Assembly: GCA_964543375.1 (NCBI GenBank)
Contig: CAZIYD010000001.1
Coordinates: forward strand, 6,527-70,526
Length of the DNA stretch: 64,000 bases
Reading direction: 5' to 3'
From: an uncultured Muribaculaceae bacterium
GTDB taxonomy: Bacteria > Bacillota_I > Bacilli_A > RF39 > UBA660
Below are positions 9,476 through 18,005 of the stretch, one piece after another. Each line of letters begins with the position of its first letter. Positions within the stretch are counted from its first letter, which is position 1. The position numbers were made by a program, and so were the translations under genes. The notes beneath the pieces are model-generated. The model did not search any database and was not told where the DNA came from. It was given only the letters and a program-made list of their open reading frames with translations.

Positions 9476-9513
9476 AAAAAAGAGTTAACTGTTTCTAGTT
9501 AACTCTTAATTTT
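9476..9513. terminator. Bidirectional rho-independent terminator between trmL and the start of the Tad-like gene set
   Basis: Perfect 11-bp inverted repeat aagagttaact-gtttct-agttaactctt, flanked by an A-run and a T-run. Confidence 0.6.
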
Positions 9514-9557
9514 TGATTTATTAAATATTGCTCTTAATGTCATATCGTCTAAATCCA

Positions 9558-10052
9558 CTATAAAAAATCTCCCTTATGTGGTTCACTTTTTAACAAATTC
9601 TTATAGTTGTTTTGTCTTAAAATCTCATATGTTACTATTGCGACACTATTTGATAAGTTTAACGCTCTAACATTTTCACTCATTGGTATTCTTGAACAAC
9701 TATCTATATATTCTTTTAATAATTCTCTTGGAATACCCGTTGATTCCTTTCCAAAAATTATATATATATTATCGTTTATATCGTAATCATATTCAGAATG
9801 CGCTTTGTTTCCATATCTAGTAAAAAAATAATATTTTCCAACATTATTCTCTTTAAAATGACCAAAGTCATCATATATTTGATACTCTAGTTTATCTATA
9901 TAATTTACTCCACTTCTTTTTATTGCGTTATTATCCAGACTAAAACCTAGTGGTCTAATTAAATGTAGTTTTGAATTGGTAGCAACACAAGTTCTCATTA
10001 TATTTCCGGTATTTTGTGGTATTTCTGGTTCATATAAAACAATATTTATCAC
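9558..10052 (-). CDS. trmL: tRNA (cytidine/uridine-2'-O)-methyltransferase, SpoU/TrmL family
   Basis: LYEPEIPQNTGNIMRTCVATNSKLHLIRPLGF...KRSGVNY motif block. Confidence 0.8.
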   Translation of the reverse strand: MINIVLYEPEIPQNTGNIMRTCVATNSKLHLIRPLGFSLDNNAIKRSGVNYIDKLEYQIYDDFGHFKENNVGKYYFFTRYGNKAHSEYDYDINDNIYIIFGKESTGIPRELLKEYIDSCSRIPMSENVRALNLSNSVAIVTYEILRQNNYKNLLKSEPHKGDFL

Positions 10053-10516
10053 AAATCACCATATGTTCTAAAAAAGTTTATTATAGTTTTTTTTGTCATT
10101 TTGTTATTATCATAATTAATGTAGTCTAAAAGTTTGCCGTTTTCAAAATAAATTATTACAGGGGTTATTAAACTTTCTTTAAATATATTTAGGTTAACGT
10201 TATTTGCATTAACATATACAACTTTATCTTTTAAGTGATATGCGTTTATTGTTCCTCTAAACTCCTTCTCAAAAGTTCTTGTTTTATCATCTTCCGGTAT
10301 ACCAAAATACACAAATATATTGGGGTTTTCTATCATATATGAATCTAATTCTTCTGAAGAAACCTCAGATATATTTTCTGTTATTATAGGTTTATTTATG
10401 TTATGTTCTTGATATACATTGTGCCAACTTATAATATAACTACAAATTAAAACAGTGATAGATAACATTATCACTAAAAGTAAATCTTTACTTGTAAAAT
10501 TGTATTTTCTATTCAT
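10049..10516 (-). CDS. Membrane-anchored hypothetical protein, possibly a thioredoxin-like fold without a CxxC motif
   Basis: ORF track. N-terminal transmembrane segment. 4-nt overlap with trmL. Confidence 0.35.
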   Translation of the reverse strand: MNRKYNFTSKDLLLVIMLSITVLICSYIISWHNVYQEHNINKPIITENISEVSSEELDSYMIENPNIFVYFGIPEDDKTRTFEKEFRGTINAYHLKDKVVYVNANNVNLNIFKESLITPVIIYFENGKLLDYINYDNNKMTKKTIINFFRTYGDL

Positions 10517-10548
10517 ACTTACACCTATTGTAATTCTAACATACTTTT

Positions 10549-10585
10549 AATATAAAAAAAAGAACTAATTTTTTAGTTCTTTTTC
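10549..10585 (-). terminator. Rho-independent terminator overlapping the stop of the 10573..11295 gene
   Basis: aagaactaa-tttt-ttagttctt hairpin with flanking A-run and T-run. Confidence 0.5.
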
Positions 10586-11295
10586 TTCTTGTTTGTTACT
10601 TTTTTAGGTTTTTCAGTTTTAAATATCATATATAGTCCAAATAAGAATGCAAGCACTAATGCTGATATTATACCAATCTTTGTATAGTCTCTCTTTGTTT
10701 CACTTTTAAAAGTTTCTAATTTTGTTTTTGCTTCATTAAAATCATCTAATAAGTTTTGTTTTACACTTTTTCTTACTTCTTCATTCTTTAACATTATGTC
10801 TATTTTGTTTATTGCTTTTTCTATTGCTTCAACGTTTTTTTCATCTATCTTTTTTACTTCACCTATTAAAGATTCTATTTCTCTTACTACTTCTTCTTTA
10901 TATCTAGTTTCAGTCATTGTTTTATTTTCTATCTTAACAGTAACTGTTTTAGTAATGGTTCCAGATTTAGCAGTTACTCTAAATGTAGATTCTAATTCAT
11001 TAGAGTTTTTAACTTCTAAAACAATTGTTCCCACTGATTTATTGGTTTTATCACCTGATTTTAATGTTGCTACTACTCCTTTTTGAACCCCAGATATAGT
11101 CCAGCTTATGTCTTTTACTTCAACATCATTTGGAACTAATTCATAGTCTATTTCAAGATTTCCTTCAAATGGCGCAAGTTCATAGTTGGTTAACTTAATG
11201 TCTTTTAATGTTACTTTTTCATTTATATTGTCAGAAGCAAGTGCTGACATGGTAAAAGCAAAAACCAAAGTAAGAAATAAAATTATTTTTTTCAT
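10573..11295 (-). CDS. Secreted or surface protein with a signal peptide and a C-terminal transmembrane anchor
   Basis: Likely start MKKIILFLTLVFAFTMSALA at 11295 with RBS GGGGGATT. C-terminal hydrophobic helix plus KKKKN tail. Confidence 0.5.
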   Translation of the reverse strand: MKKIILFLTLVFAFTMSALASDNINEKVTLKDIKLTNYELAPFEGNLEIDYELVPNDVEVKDISWTISGVQKGVVATLKSGDKTNKSVGTIVLEVKNSNELESTFRVTAKSGTITKTVTVKIENKTMTETRYKEEVVREIESLIGEVKKIDEKNVEAIEKAINKIDIMLKNEEVRKSVKQNLLDDFNEAKTKLETFKSETKRDYTKIGIISALVLAFLFGLYMIFKTEKPKKVTNKKKKN

Positions 11296-11377
11296 ATAAT
11301 CCCCCTGAATAAATAATACTGCACTTATTATAAGTATAAAATATAATTTGTCAATATAAAAAAGCAAAAATTGCTTT

Positions 11378-12883
11378 TTATATTTTTTTATCTAAAATTG
11401 TAAGACCGTCTAACTTTGAAAGTTCTTCTTTTGTTTTAGGAGTTATTGTAAAACCTTTACTTCCTAATTCTGCTACTAATATTTCATCATTTTCTTTTCC
11501 TACAACAAAATAGGCATGTCCAACAGAAGCACTATCACTAGGATTAAGTGGTTTTTTAAAAAATATATCTCCAGCACTTACATTAGGAATTTGTTCCTTC
11601 ATGTTGTTGCCTTGTAAGAAAGTTCCACTTAAATTTGTATTATTTTTTAATCTTAAATTTGCATTTTTCTCTCCAGTCACATCATATATTAGCATTTGTA
11701 TCCAACTTGCACTATTTGGAGCATTTTTACCTTGTTTTAAATTTGTATCTAAACCCTCCATATATAAATCATGTCTCCCAGACGAACTAAAAGGGGCTCT
11801 TAAATTATTTTCAAAGTAGAAATTAAGCGCCGAGGTCAATCCGCCCTTTACTCCTCCTGTTCTTTTTCCTTCTTCTATTGCTTCTAAGTATTGACTGTTA
11901 AGTTTTGTTTTTTCTAAATCCGATAATTGTTGATATTCTTTACTACCAACAATTAAAGCACTAGATCCATCATAGTTAGAATAATTAAGATTTGTTGCTA
12001 AACTTTGATTTTCTGCATGAGTTATTTTGGGTGTTGGTTCTATTACCGGAATATTATTTAAAGTTGTAAAACTATCTTTTGAAGTTTCTGTTGGTGATGG
12101 TGTTGGTGCTTGGGTTGGTGCTGGTGTTGGCGCTTGGGTTGGCGCTTGGGTTGGTGCTGGAGTTGGCGCTTGGGTTGGCGCTTGGGTTGGTGCTGGTGTT
12201 GGCGCTTGGGTTGGTGCTGGTGTTGGCGCTTGGGTTGGTGTTGAGGTAACATTTGGTTTAGATGTTTGTTCTGAATTTTTATCATCTAAACTAAGTTTAC
12301 CACCTCTTCCACCATACTCAAAGCCATCACTTGACAGAAAAGTATTATCAGAAATAAATTTACCACCTCTTCCGCCATATTCAAAACCACTACTTGATAG
12401 AAAGGTATTATCAGAAAGTCTAGAAAATGTTATTGATTGTATTTGTGATATTAAAGAGTCTATTTCCGCTACTAAACCATTTAATTTGTTTTTGTTAGAT
12501 TGATCTAAATCATAAGCTTGTTTTTGACGTTTATAAGTTTTTGTTTGTTCTTCTGTTGCACCTTCTCCCATTTTTTTTGGGATACTTAAATTTTTTATAC
12601 TTCCATAAACTTTATTATATTCCTCTATTTTTAATTTCAAATCCTCAATTTTTGATACCATGTTATTTAAATTTGTTTGTTCAGAAGTAATTATACTGAA
12701 TTTATTTTTTAAATCATTTATTTTTTCATCTACTACTTCTTTTACTGAACTTTCCCAATTAACATTAAAATCTAAAAAATTCAAATTTACACTCGATAGA
12801 TTTTTAGCTATATTTGTAAGTGTTTGTAAATTTGAATACTTTATTGCGTCTAAATATTTATCGTATGCTGCTTTATTATCCAT
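11378..12883 (-). CDS. T7SS-associated polymorphic protein, family 1 paralog A (501 aa)
   Basis: N-terminal ~170 aa is about 60% identical to 27793..29214 (..NWESSVKE.., IITSEQTNLNN..). Internal FLSSxGFEYGGRGGK duplicated repeat, (PTQA/PTPA)n linker, and a C-terminus with GDIFF....VGHAYFVVG (NlpC/P60-like His block, no Cys). Confidence 0.55.
   Translation of the reverse strand: MDNKAAYDKYLDAIKYSNLQTLTNIAKNLSSVNLNFLDFNVNWESSVKEVVDEKINDLKNKFSIITSEQTNLNNMVSKIEDLKLKIEEYNKVYGSIKNLSIPKKMGEGATEEQTKTYKRQKQAYDLDQSNKNKLNGLVAEIDSLISQIQSITFSRLSDNTFLSSSGFEYGGRGGKFISDNTFLSSDGFEYGGRGGKLSLDDKNSEQTSKPNVTSTPTQAPTPAPTQAPTPAPTQAPTQAPTPAPTQAPTQAPTPAPTQAPTPSPTETSKDSFTTLNNIPVIEPTPKITHAENQSLATNLNYSNYDGSSALIVGSKEYQQLSDLEKTKLNSQYLEAIEEGKRTGGVKGGLTSALNFYFENNLRAPFSSSGRHDLYMEGLDTNLKQGKNAPNSASWIQMLIYDVTGEKNANLRLKNNTNLSGTFLQGNNMKEQIPNVSAGDIFFKKPLNPSDSASVGHAYFVVGKENDEILVAELGSKGFTITPKTKEELSKLDGLTILDKKI
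12058..12285 (-). repeat. Near-perfect tandem 12/24-nt repeats encoding the (APTQ/APTP)n linker
   Basis: Repeated ggtgctggtgttggcgcttgggtt units visible directly in the sequence. Confidence 0.8.
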
Positions 12884-12917
12884 TGTTCCTCCATATCTTA
12901 TATATATGATAAGGCCT

Positions 12918-15311
12918 TTAGTCTGAAATTACAATATTAATTATCTTGTTTTTTATAATTATTACTTTTATTATACTCTTATTTTGAATATGTTTAGATA
13001 CATTAATGTTATTCTTGGCTACTTCTTCCATTTCTTCTTTACTGGAATTCAAACTCATTATTTCTTTCCCTCTTACTTTACCATTTACTTGAATAATCAT
13101 TTCGTATGTGTCTTCTTTTAATTTTGAATTATCAAATTTTGGCCAAGGAGAATATACCAATTCTTCATTAGAAAACATTTCATTTAATTCTTCTGTAATG
13201 TGAGGAGAAAATGGATTTAATAACTTTAATAAAGTCACATAATCTTTTCTAGTTATATTATCTAAATTTAAATACTCATTTGAAAGAATCATCAATTCTG
13301 ATATTGCTGTATTATATTTCATAGAATCAATATCTTCTGATACTTTTTTTATTACCTTATTTATCTTTACTTCTAAAGATGGGGTATATTCATTGCCTTC
13401 TATCACTTTATCCTTTAGGTTGTAAATTTTATCTAAAAATCTAATTATTCCTTTTATAGATTCATCATTCCAACTTGAATCTAAAGAATAATCTCCTAAA
13501 AACAATATAAACAATCTAATAGCGTCTGCTCCATAGTTTTCAACTATGCTCATAGGGTCTACTACATTACCTCTAGACTTACTCATTTTTTCGCCATCAT
13601 TACCCAATATCAATCCTTGATTTGTTCTTTTTTTATAAGGTTCTTTTGTTGGAACATAACCAATATCATATAAAAATCTGTGCCAAAATCTGGAATATAT
13701 AAGGTGTCTTGTAACGTGTTCCATTCCACCATTATACCAATCAACTTCTAACCAATATTTTAATTTTGATTTGTCTGCAAACGATTTTTCATTATTTGGG
13801 TCTAAATATCTTAGATAATACCAGGAAGATCCAGCCCATTGTGGCATTGTGTCAGTTTCTCTTTTGGCATCTTTCCCACATTTAGGACATTTACAATTTA
13901 CAAAAGATGGAATACTTGCAAGAGGGCTTTCACCGTTTTTACCAGGTTCAAAATTATCAATATCGGGAAGTGTTACTGGAAGATCTTCGTATGGAACAGG
14001 TACATGACCACAGTCTTTACAATGTATTATTGGAATTGGTTCTCCCCAATATCTTTGTCTATTAAATGCCCAATCTTTTATTTTATATTGTGTTCCTGTT
14101 TCTCCAAGATTGTTTTCTTTTATATATTCTATCATCTTATTTATAGCGTCTTCTTCGTTTAATCCATTTAAAAACTCAGAATTTATATGAATTCCGTCAC
14201 CTTCATAATAATCTTTAGATATGTCAGAACCTGATATAACTTCTATAATATCTATATTAAATTTCTTAGCAAATTCATAGTCTCTTTTGTCATGAGCTGG
14301 AACAGCCATTATAGCTCCTGTTCCATAATTCATCATTACATAGTCTGAGATATATACCGGTATTTCCTTTTTGTTTACAGGATTAATAGCGGTTATTCCT
14401 TCTATTTTTACTCCTGTTTTTTCTTTATTTATGTTTATTCTTTCAAATTCTGTCTTTTTATTAGTTAATTCTCTATATTTATTAATTTCATCTATATTAG
14501 TTATATTATCTTTGTTTTTATCTATTATTGGATGCTCAGGCGCTAAAACCATAAAAGTTACACCAAATAAAGTATCTGGTCTTGTTGTATAAACTTTTAA
14601 AATATCACCAGCAAATTTAAAAGATACATATGCACCAACACTTTTTCCAATCCAATTTTCTTGTTGAAGTCTTATGTTTTCTGGAGATTCAATTTCATCT
14701 AAGCCTTCTAATAATTTATCTGCATATTCAGTAATCTTTAAATACCATACATCTTTTTCTTTTTGAACAACTCCATTATGACATATATCACATTTTCCAC
14801 CTTGACTATCTTCATTAGATAGTACAACTTTACAACTGGGACAATAATTAACATATGTCTTATCTCTAAAAACAAGATTATTTTCAAACATCTTTAGAAA
14901 TATCCATTGAGTCCATTTATAATAAGCTTCATCTGATGTATTTATTAATCTGCTATAATCAAAGGAATATCCAATCCTTTTGATTTGAGATAAAAATTTG
15001 TTTATATTATCTTCTGTTACTTTTTTTGGATGAAGATTGTTTTTTATTGCATAGTTTTCTGTTGGAAGACCAAAAGCATCAAAACCCATAGGAAAAAGAA
15101 CATTATATCCTTCCATTCTCTTTTTTCTAGATAAAACCTCAAGTCCTGTATATGCCTTTATATGGCCAACATGTAGACCTTGCCCACTAGGATATGGAAA
15201 CTCTACTAAAAGATAATATTTTTCTTTACTAATATCCTCTGTTGTATTAAATGTTTTATTCTCTTCCCATCTTTTTTGCCACTTCTTTTCTATCTTATTA
15301 AAATTATACAT
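12918..15311 (-). CDS. leuS: Leucine--tRNA ligase
   Basis: HVGH (GHIKAYTGLE) and KMSKS motifs, zinc-finger cysteines, 797 aa. Confidence 0.95.
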   Translation of the reverse strand: MYNFNKIEKKWQKRWEENKTFNTTEDISKEKYYLLVEFPYPSGQGLHVGHIKAYTGLEVLSRKKRMEGYNVLFPMGFDAFGLPTENYAIKNNLHPKKVTEDNINKFLSQIKRIGYSFDYSRLINTSDEAYYKWTQWIFLKMFENNLVFRDKTYVNYCPSCKVVLSNEDSQGGKCDICHNGVVQKEKDVWYLKITEYADKLLEGLDEIESPENIRLQQENWIGKSVGAYVSFKFAGDILKVYTTRPDTLFGVTFMVLAPEHPIIDKNKDNITNIDEINKYRELTNKKTEFERININKEKTGVKIEGITAINPVNKKEIPVYISDYVMMNYGTGAIMAVPAHDKRDYEFAKKFNIDIIEVISGSDISKDYYEGDGIHINSEFLNGLNEEDAINKMIEYIKENNLGETGTQYKIKDWAFNRQRYWGEPIPIIHCKDCGHVPVPYEDLPVTLPDIDNFEPGKNGESPLASIPSFVNCKCPKCGKDAKRETDTMPQWAGSSWYYLRYLDPNNEKSFADKSKLKYWLEVDWYNGGMEHVTRHLIYSRFWHRFLYDIGYVPTKEPYKKRTNQGLILGNDGEKMSKSRGNVVDPMSIVENYGADAIRLFILFLGDYSLDSSWNDESIKGIIRFLDKIYNLKDKVIEGNEYTPSLEVKINKVIKKVSEDIDSMKYNTAISELMILSNEYLNLDNITRKDYVTLLKLLNPFSPHITEELNEMFSNEELVYSPWPKFDNSKLKEDTYEMIIQVNGKVRGKEIMSLNSSKEEMEEVAKNNINVSKHIQNKSIIKVIIIKNKIINIVISD

Positions 15312-15321
15312 AACTCCTCCT

Positions 15322-15570
15322 TATAAAAAAACACTATAAATCTAAGGACGATTATTCGCGGTACCACCTTAGTTCATAGTGTTCTATGCTCTCTTTATTA
15401 TAACGGAATAACCGGTTAAACTCCAAAGTAAGTTCATAATATCTATATATTAGTTTTCACCAAACACTAACTCTCTAAAATATAAAATATTTACTAATAC
15501 TCTTTTTCCCTGTTTAAATACATATTAATTATAATAAAAATTATAGAAATTATCAATAGAAAGATATGTT
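15322..15570 (-). promoter_or_regulatory. T-box leader upstream of leuS
   Basis: Minus-strand AAGGTGGTACCGCG (T-box consensus AGGGTGGnACCGCG) at 15357..15371, followed by the terminator stem CTAAGG...CCTTAG, a U-run, and the RBS AAGGAGG. Confidence 0.55.
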
Positions 15571-15592
15571 ATAATTTTATAGAGGTGTTTTT

Positions 15593-16276
15593 ATGAAAAA
15601 AAATATTATGCTTGGGATAACTTTATTATTAATATCTATAGTATTAATAATTATTAAAAATAATGATAACTATGTAGAGGGAAGAGTAATAGATATATCT
15701 GATAATAAAAGTATTTTAATACACAAAAATAATGAACCTATACTTATTAACTTTAAAGACAATATAAATAATATAGTGTTAAATGATATAGTAAAAGTTA
15801 AAACAGATGGTATAGTTAGAGAAAGTTTTCCCGTACAAATGACTGGAATTTCTATTAAGAAAGTAAGAAATGAATATAAAAAATTAAACGAAAATATAGA
15901 ATCCATCTCATTTAAAACTGATTATTATCAAGAAAGTCTAGTTTATAAAAACAAATTCAAAACTACAGTATTTAAAAATAAAGAAGGGTTTAAGGATTAT
16001 GTTGAAAAAAGTAGAATTGCCTTATCCGATTCAGTAGATAATATATATAAAGAATATTTTGCGGTTGTATCAACTACATCTATGAGTAGTGGTGGCATAT
16101 TATCCTTTGAGGGTTTATATCAAAAAAGTAACAATATATCTATAAATTTAAAATTAAACATAAGAGAAGTACAAACAACAGATATAGTAACCAGAGGAAA
16201 TATAATATTGGTAAGTAAAAAATATATAGATTATAATTTTGAAACATTATCCGAAACAAAAAAAGATGAACATTAA
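15593..16276 (+). CDS. Hypothetical membrane-anchored protein
   Basis: ORF track. N-terminal signal/anchor MKKNIMLGITLLLISIVLIII. Confidence 0.45.
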   Translation: MKKNIMLGITLLLISIVLIIIKNNDNYVEGRVIDISDNKSILIHKNNEPILINFKDNINNIVLNDIVKVKTDGIVRESFPVQMTGISIKKVRNEYKKLNENIESISFKTDYYQESLVYKNKFKTTVFKNKEGFKDYVEKSRIALSDSVDNIYKEYFAVVSTTSMSSGGILSFEGLYQKSNNISINLKLNIREVQTTDIVTRGNIILVSKKYIDYNFETLSETKKDEH

Positions 16277-17859
16277 TTGTTCATCTTTTCTAAATATTCA
16301 CTATATTTAAGCATCTTATCAATGTATTTCCCATCTTCTTTAAACTCTATTATTCTATTTGCAGAAGTTTCAATAAATTCATGATCGTGAGTTCTAAATA
16401 GCACAGCACCTTTAAATTCGATTATTCCTTCATTTAAAGATGTTATGGTTTCAATATCTAAGTGATTAGTTGGTTCATCTAATATTAATACATTACCAAA
16501 ACTAAGCATCATTTTAGATAACATGCATCTTACCTTCTCGCCACCACTTAAAACTTTTACTTTCTTCAATGATTCTTCTCCAGAAAATAACATTCTGCCT
16601 AAAAAACCCCTTACGTATTGTTCATCTTTTTCTTCAGAAAAATCTTGTAACCACTCTACTATGTTTTTATCTCCTTTAAAAAAGTCATCATGATTTTTAG
16701 GAAAGTACGTTGGTATCGCACTTGAACCCCAAATTATCTCTCCAGTATAATCAATCTCTCCAACTAAAGCTTTAAAAAGAGAAGTTATTGCTAGTTCATT
16801 ATTACCTATAAATGCAACCTTATCGGTATTATTAATCGTTAGATTTAAATTGTTTATAATTTTTTTACCATCTAATTCAATACATAAATTCTTTGTTGTT
16901 AGCACTTCTTTTCCTAATTGTTTTTCAAATTTGAAATTAATATAGGGGTATTTTCTACTAGATGGCTTTATATCATCTAGTATTATTTTTTCCAAAGTTT
17001 TTTTTCTAGAAGTTGCTTGTTTTGATTTTGAAGCATTCGCAGAGAATCTCGCTATAAAATCTTGCAATTCTTTTATTTGTTTTTCCTTCTTAACATTTGA
17101 GTCTTTCATTTGCTTTTGAATTAATTCACTAGATTGTCTCCAAAAATCATAATTTCCAACAAACATAGTTAATCTTTGATAATCAATATCCACAATATGT
17201 GTACATACCTTGTTTAAAAAATGTCTATCATGAGATACAACTATAACAGTATTTTTAAATTCAATTAAAAATTCTTCTAACCATAGTTTAGCCTCTATAT
17301 CAAGTCCATTAGTAGGTTCATCTAAAACCAATATATCTGGTTCTCCAAATAAAGCTTGTGCAAGTAATATCTTTATTTTATTTGGTGTATCTATTTCTTC
17401 CATATTAAGTTCATAAAGACTCTCAGGAACCCCTAAACCATTTAATAATATAGATGCATCACTTTCAGCTTGCCAACCATTTAATTCCGCAAATTCTGCT
17501 TCTAAATCTCCTAACTTTATACCATCACTATCAGTAAAATCCTCTTTCGAATAAAGTTCTTCTTTTTCTTTTGTTATGTCATATAATCTCTTATTACCCA
17601 TTATTACTACATCTAATGCTCTTTTATCAGGGTATAAATTATGATCTTGTTTTAAAGTAGATAGTCTTTCTTTATTTCCTATTATAACTTCACCTTTAGT
17701 TTGCTCTATTTCGCCAGATAAAATCTTTAAAAAAGTAGATTTCCCACTTCCATTTGCCCCTATTAAACCATAGCAATTTCCTTCTGTAAACTTTATATTT
17801 ACATTCTCAAAAAGAATCCTTCCACCGAATCTTAATGTTAAATCTTTTGTACTTATCAT
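16273..17859 (-). CDS. ABC-F family ATPase (two ABC domains, no transmembrane domain)
   Basis: Two Walker A motifs (GANGSGKST; second domain degenerate GNNELAITS), two LSGGE signatures (LSGGEK; second degenerate), and two Walker B motifs (LVLDEPTN, LILDEPTN). Likely start MISTKDL at 17859 with a GAGGT RBS. Confidence 0.8.
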   Translation of the reverse strand: MISTKDLTLRFGGRILFENVNIKFTEGNCYGLIGANGSGKSTFLKILSGEIEQTKGEVIIGNKERLSTLKQDHNLYPDKRALDVVIMGNKRLYDITKEKEELYSKEDFTDSDGIKLGDLEAEFAELNGWQAESDASILLNGLGVPESLYELNMEEIDTPNKIKILLAQALFGEPDILVLDEPTNGLDIEAKLWLEEFLIEFKNTVIVVSHDRHFLNKVCTHIVDIDYQRLTMFVGNYDFWRQSSELIQKQMKDSNVKKEKQIKELQDFIARFSANASKSKQATSRKKTLEKIILDDIKPSSRKYPYINFKFEKQLGKEVLTTKNLCIELDGKKIINNLNLTINNTDKVAFIGNNELAITSLFKALVGEIDYTGEIIWGSSAIPTYFPKNHDDFFKGDKNIVEWLQDFSEEKDEQYVRGFLGRMLFSGEESLKKVKVLSGGEKVRCMLSKMMLSFGNVLILDEPTNHLDIETITSLNEGIIEFKGAVLFRTHDHEFIETSANRIIEFKEDGKYIDKMLKYSEYLEKMNN

Positions 17860-17971
17860 AAAAACCTCACAAACAAATAAAAGTATACTCAAAATGTTAA
17901 AAAAAGTAAAGTTTTAATATTATAAAACTAATAAATATAGTTGACCTTCATTATTTTTTGTTTTAAAAACA

Positions 17972-17980
17972 TGCTATAAT
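17972..17980 (+). promoter_or_regulatory. Extended -10 promoter (TGcTATAAT) for 18006..19265
   Basis: TGNTATAAT followed by the strong RBS AAGAGGTGA. Duplicated at 19496..19504. Confidence 0.4.
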
Positions 17981-18005
17981 ATAAAATATAGTAAGAGGTG
18001 ATTCT

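Noticed and set aside
12058-12285. Possible CRISPR-like array, given the regular short repeats
   Set aside because: Repeats are 12/24 nt with no unique spacers, and they lie in-frame inside a coding region encoding a Pro/Thr linker. No cas genes are present.
12027-12503. Plus-strand 158-aa ORF (GVGAW repeats) and minus-strand 75-aa ORF (QHQPKRQ repeats) over the PT-repeat region
   Set aside because: These are alternative frames of the tandem nucleotide repeat inside gene 11378..12883. The real frame is the PTQAPTPA one, continuous with flanking conserved sequence.
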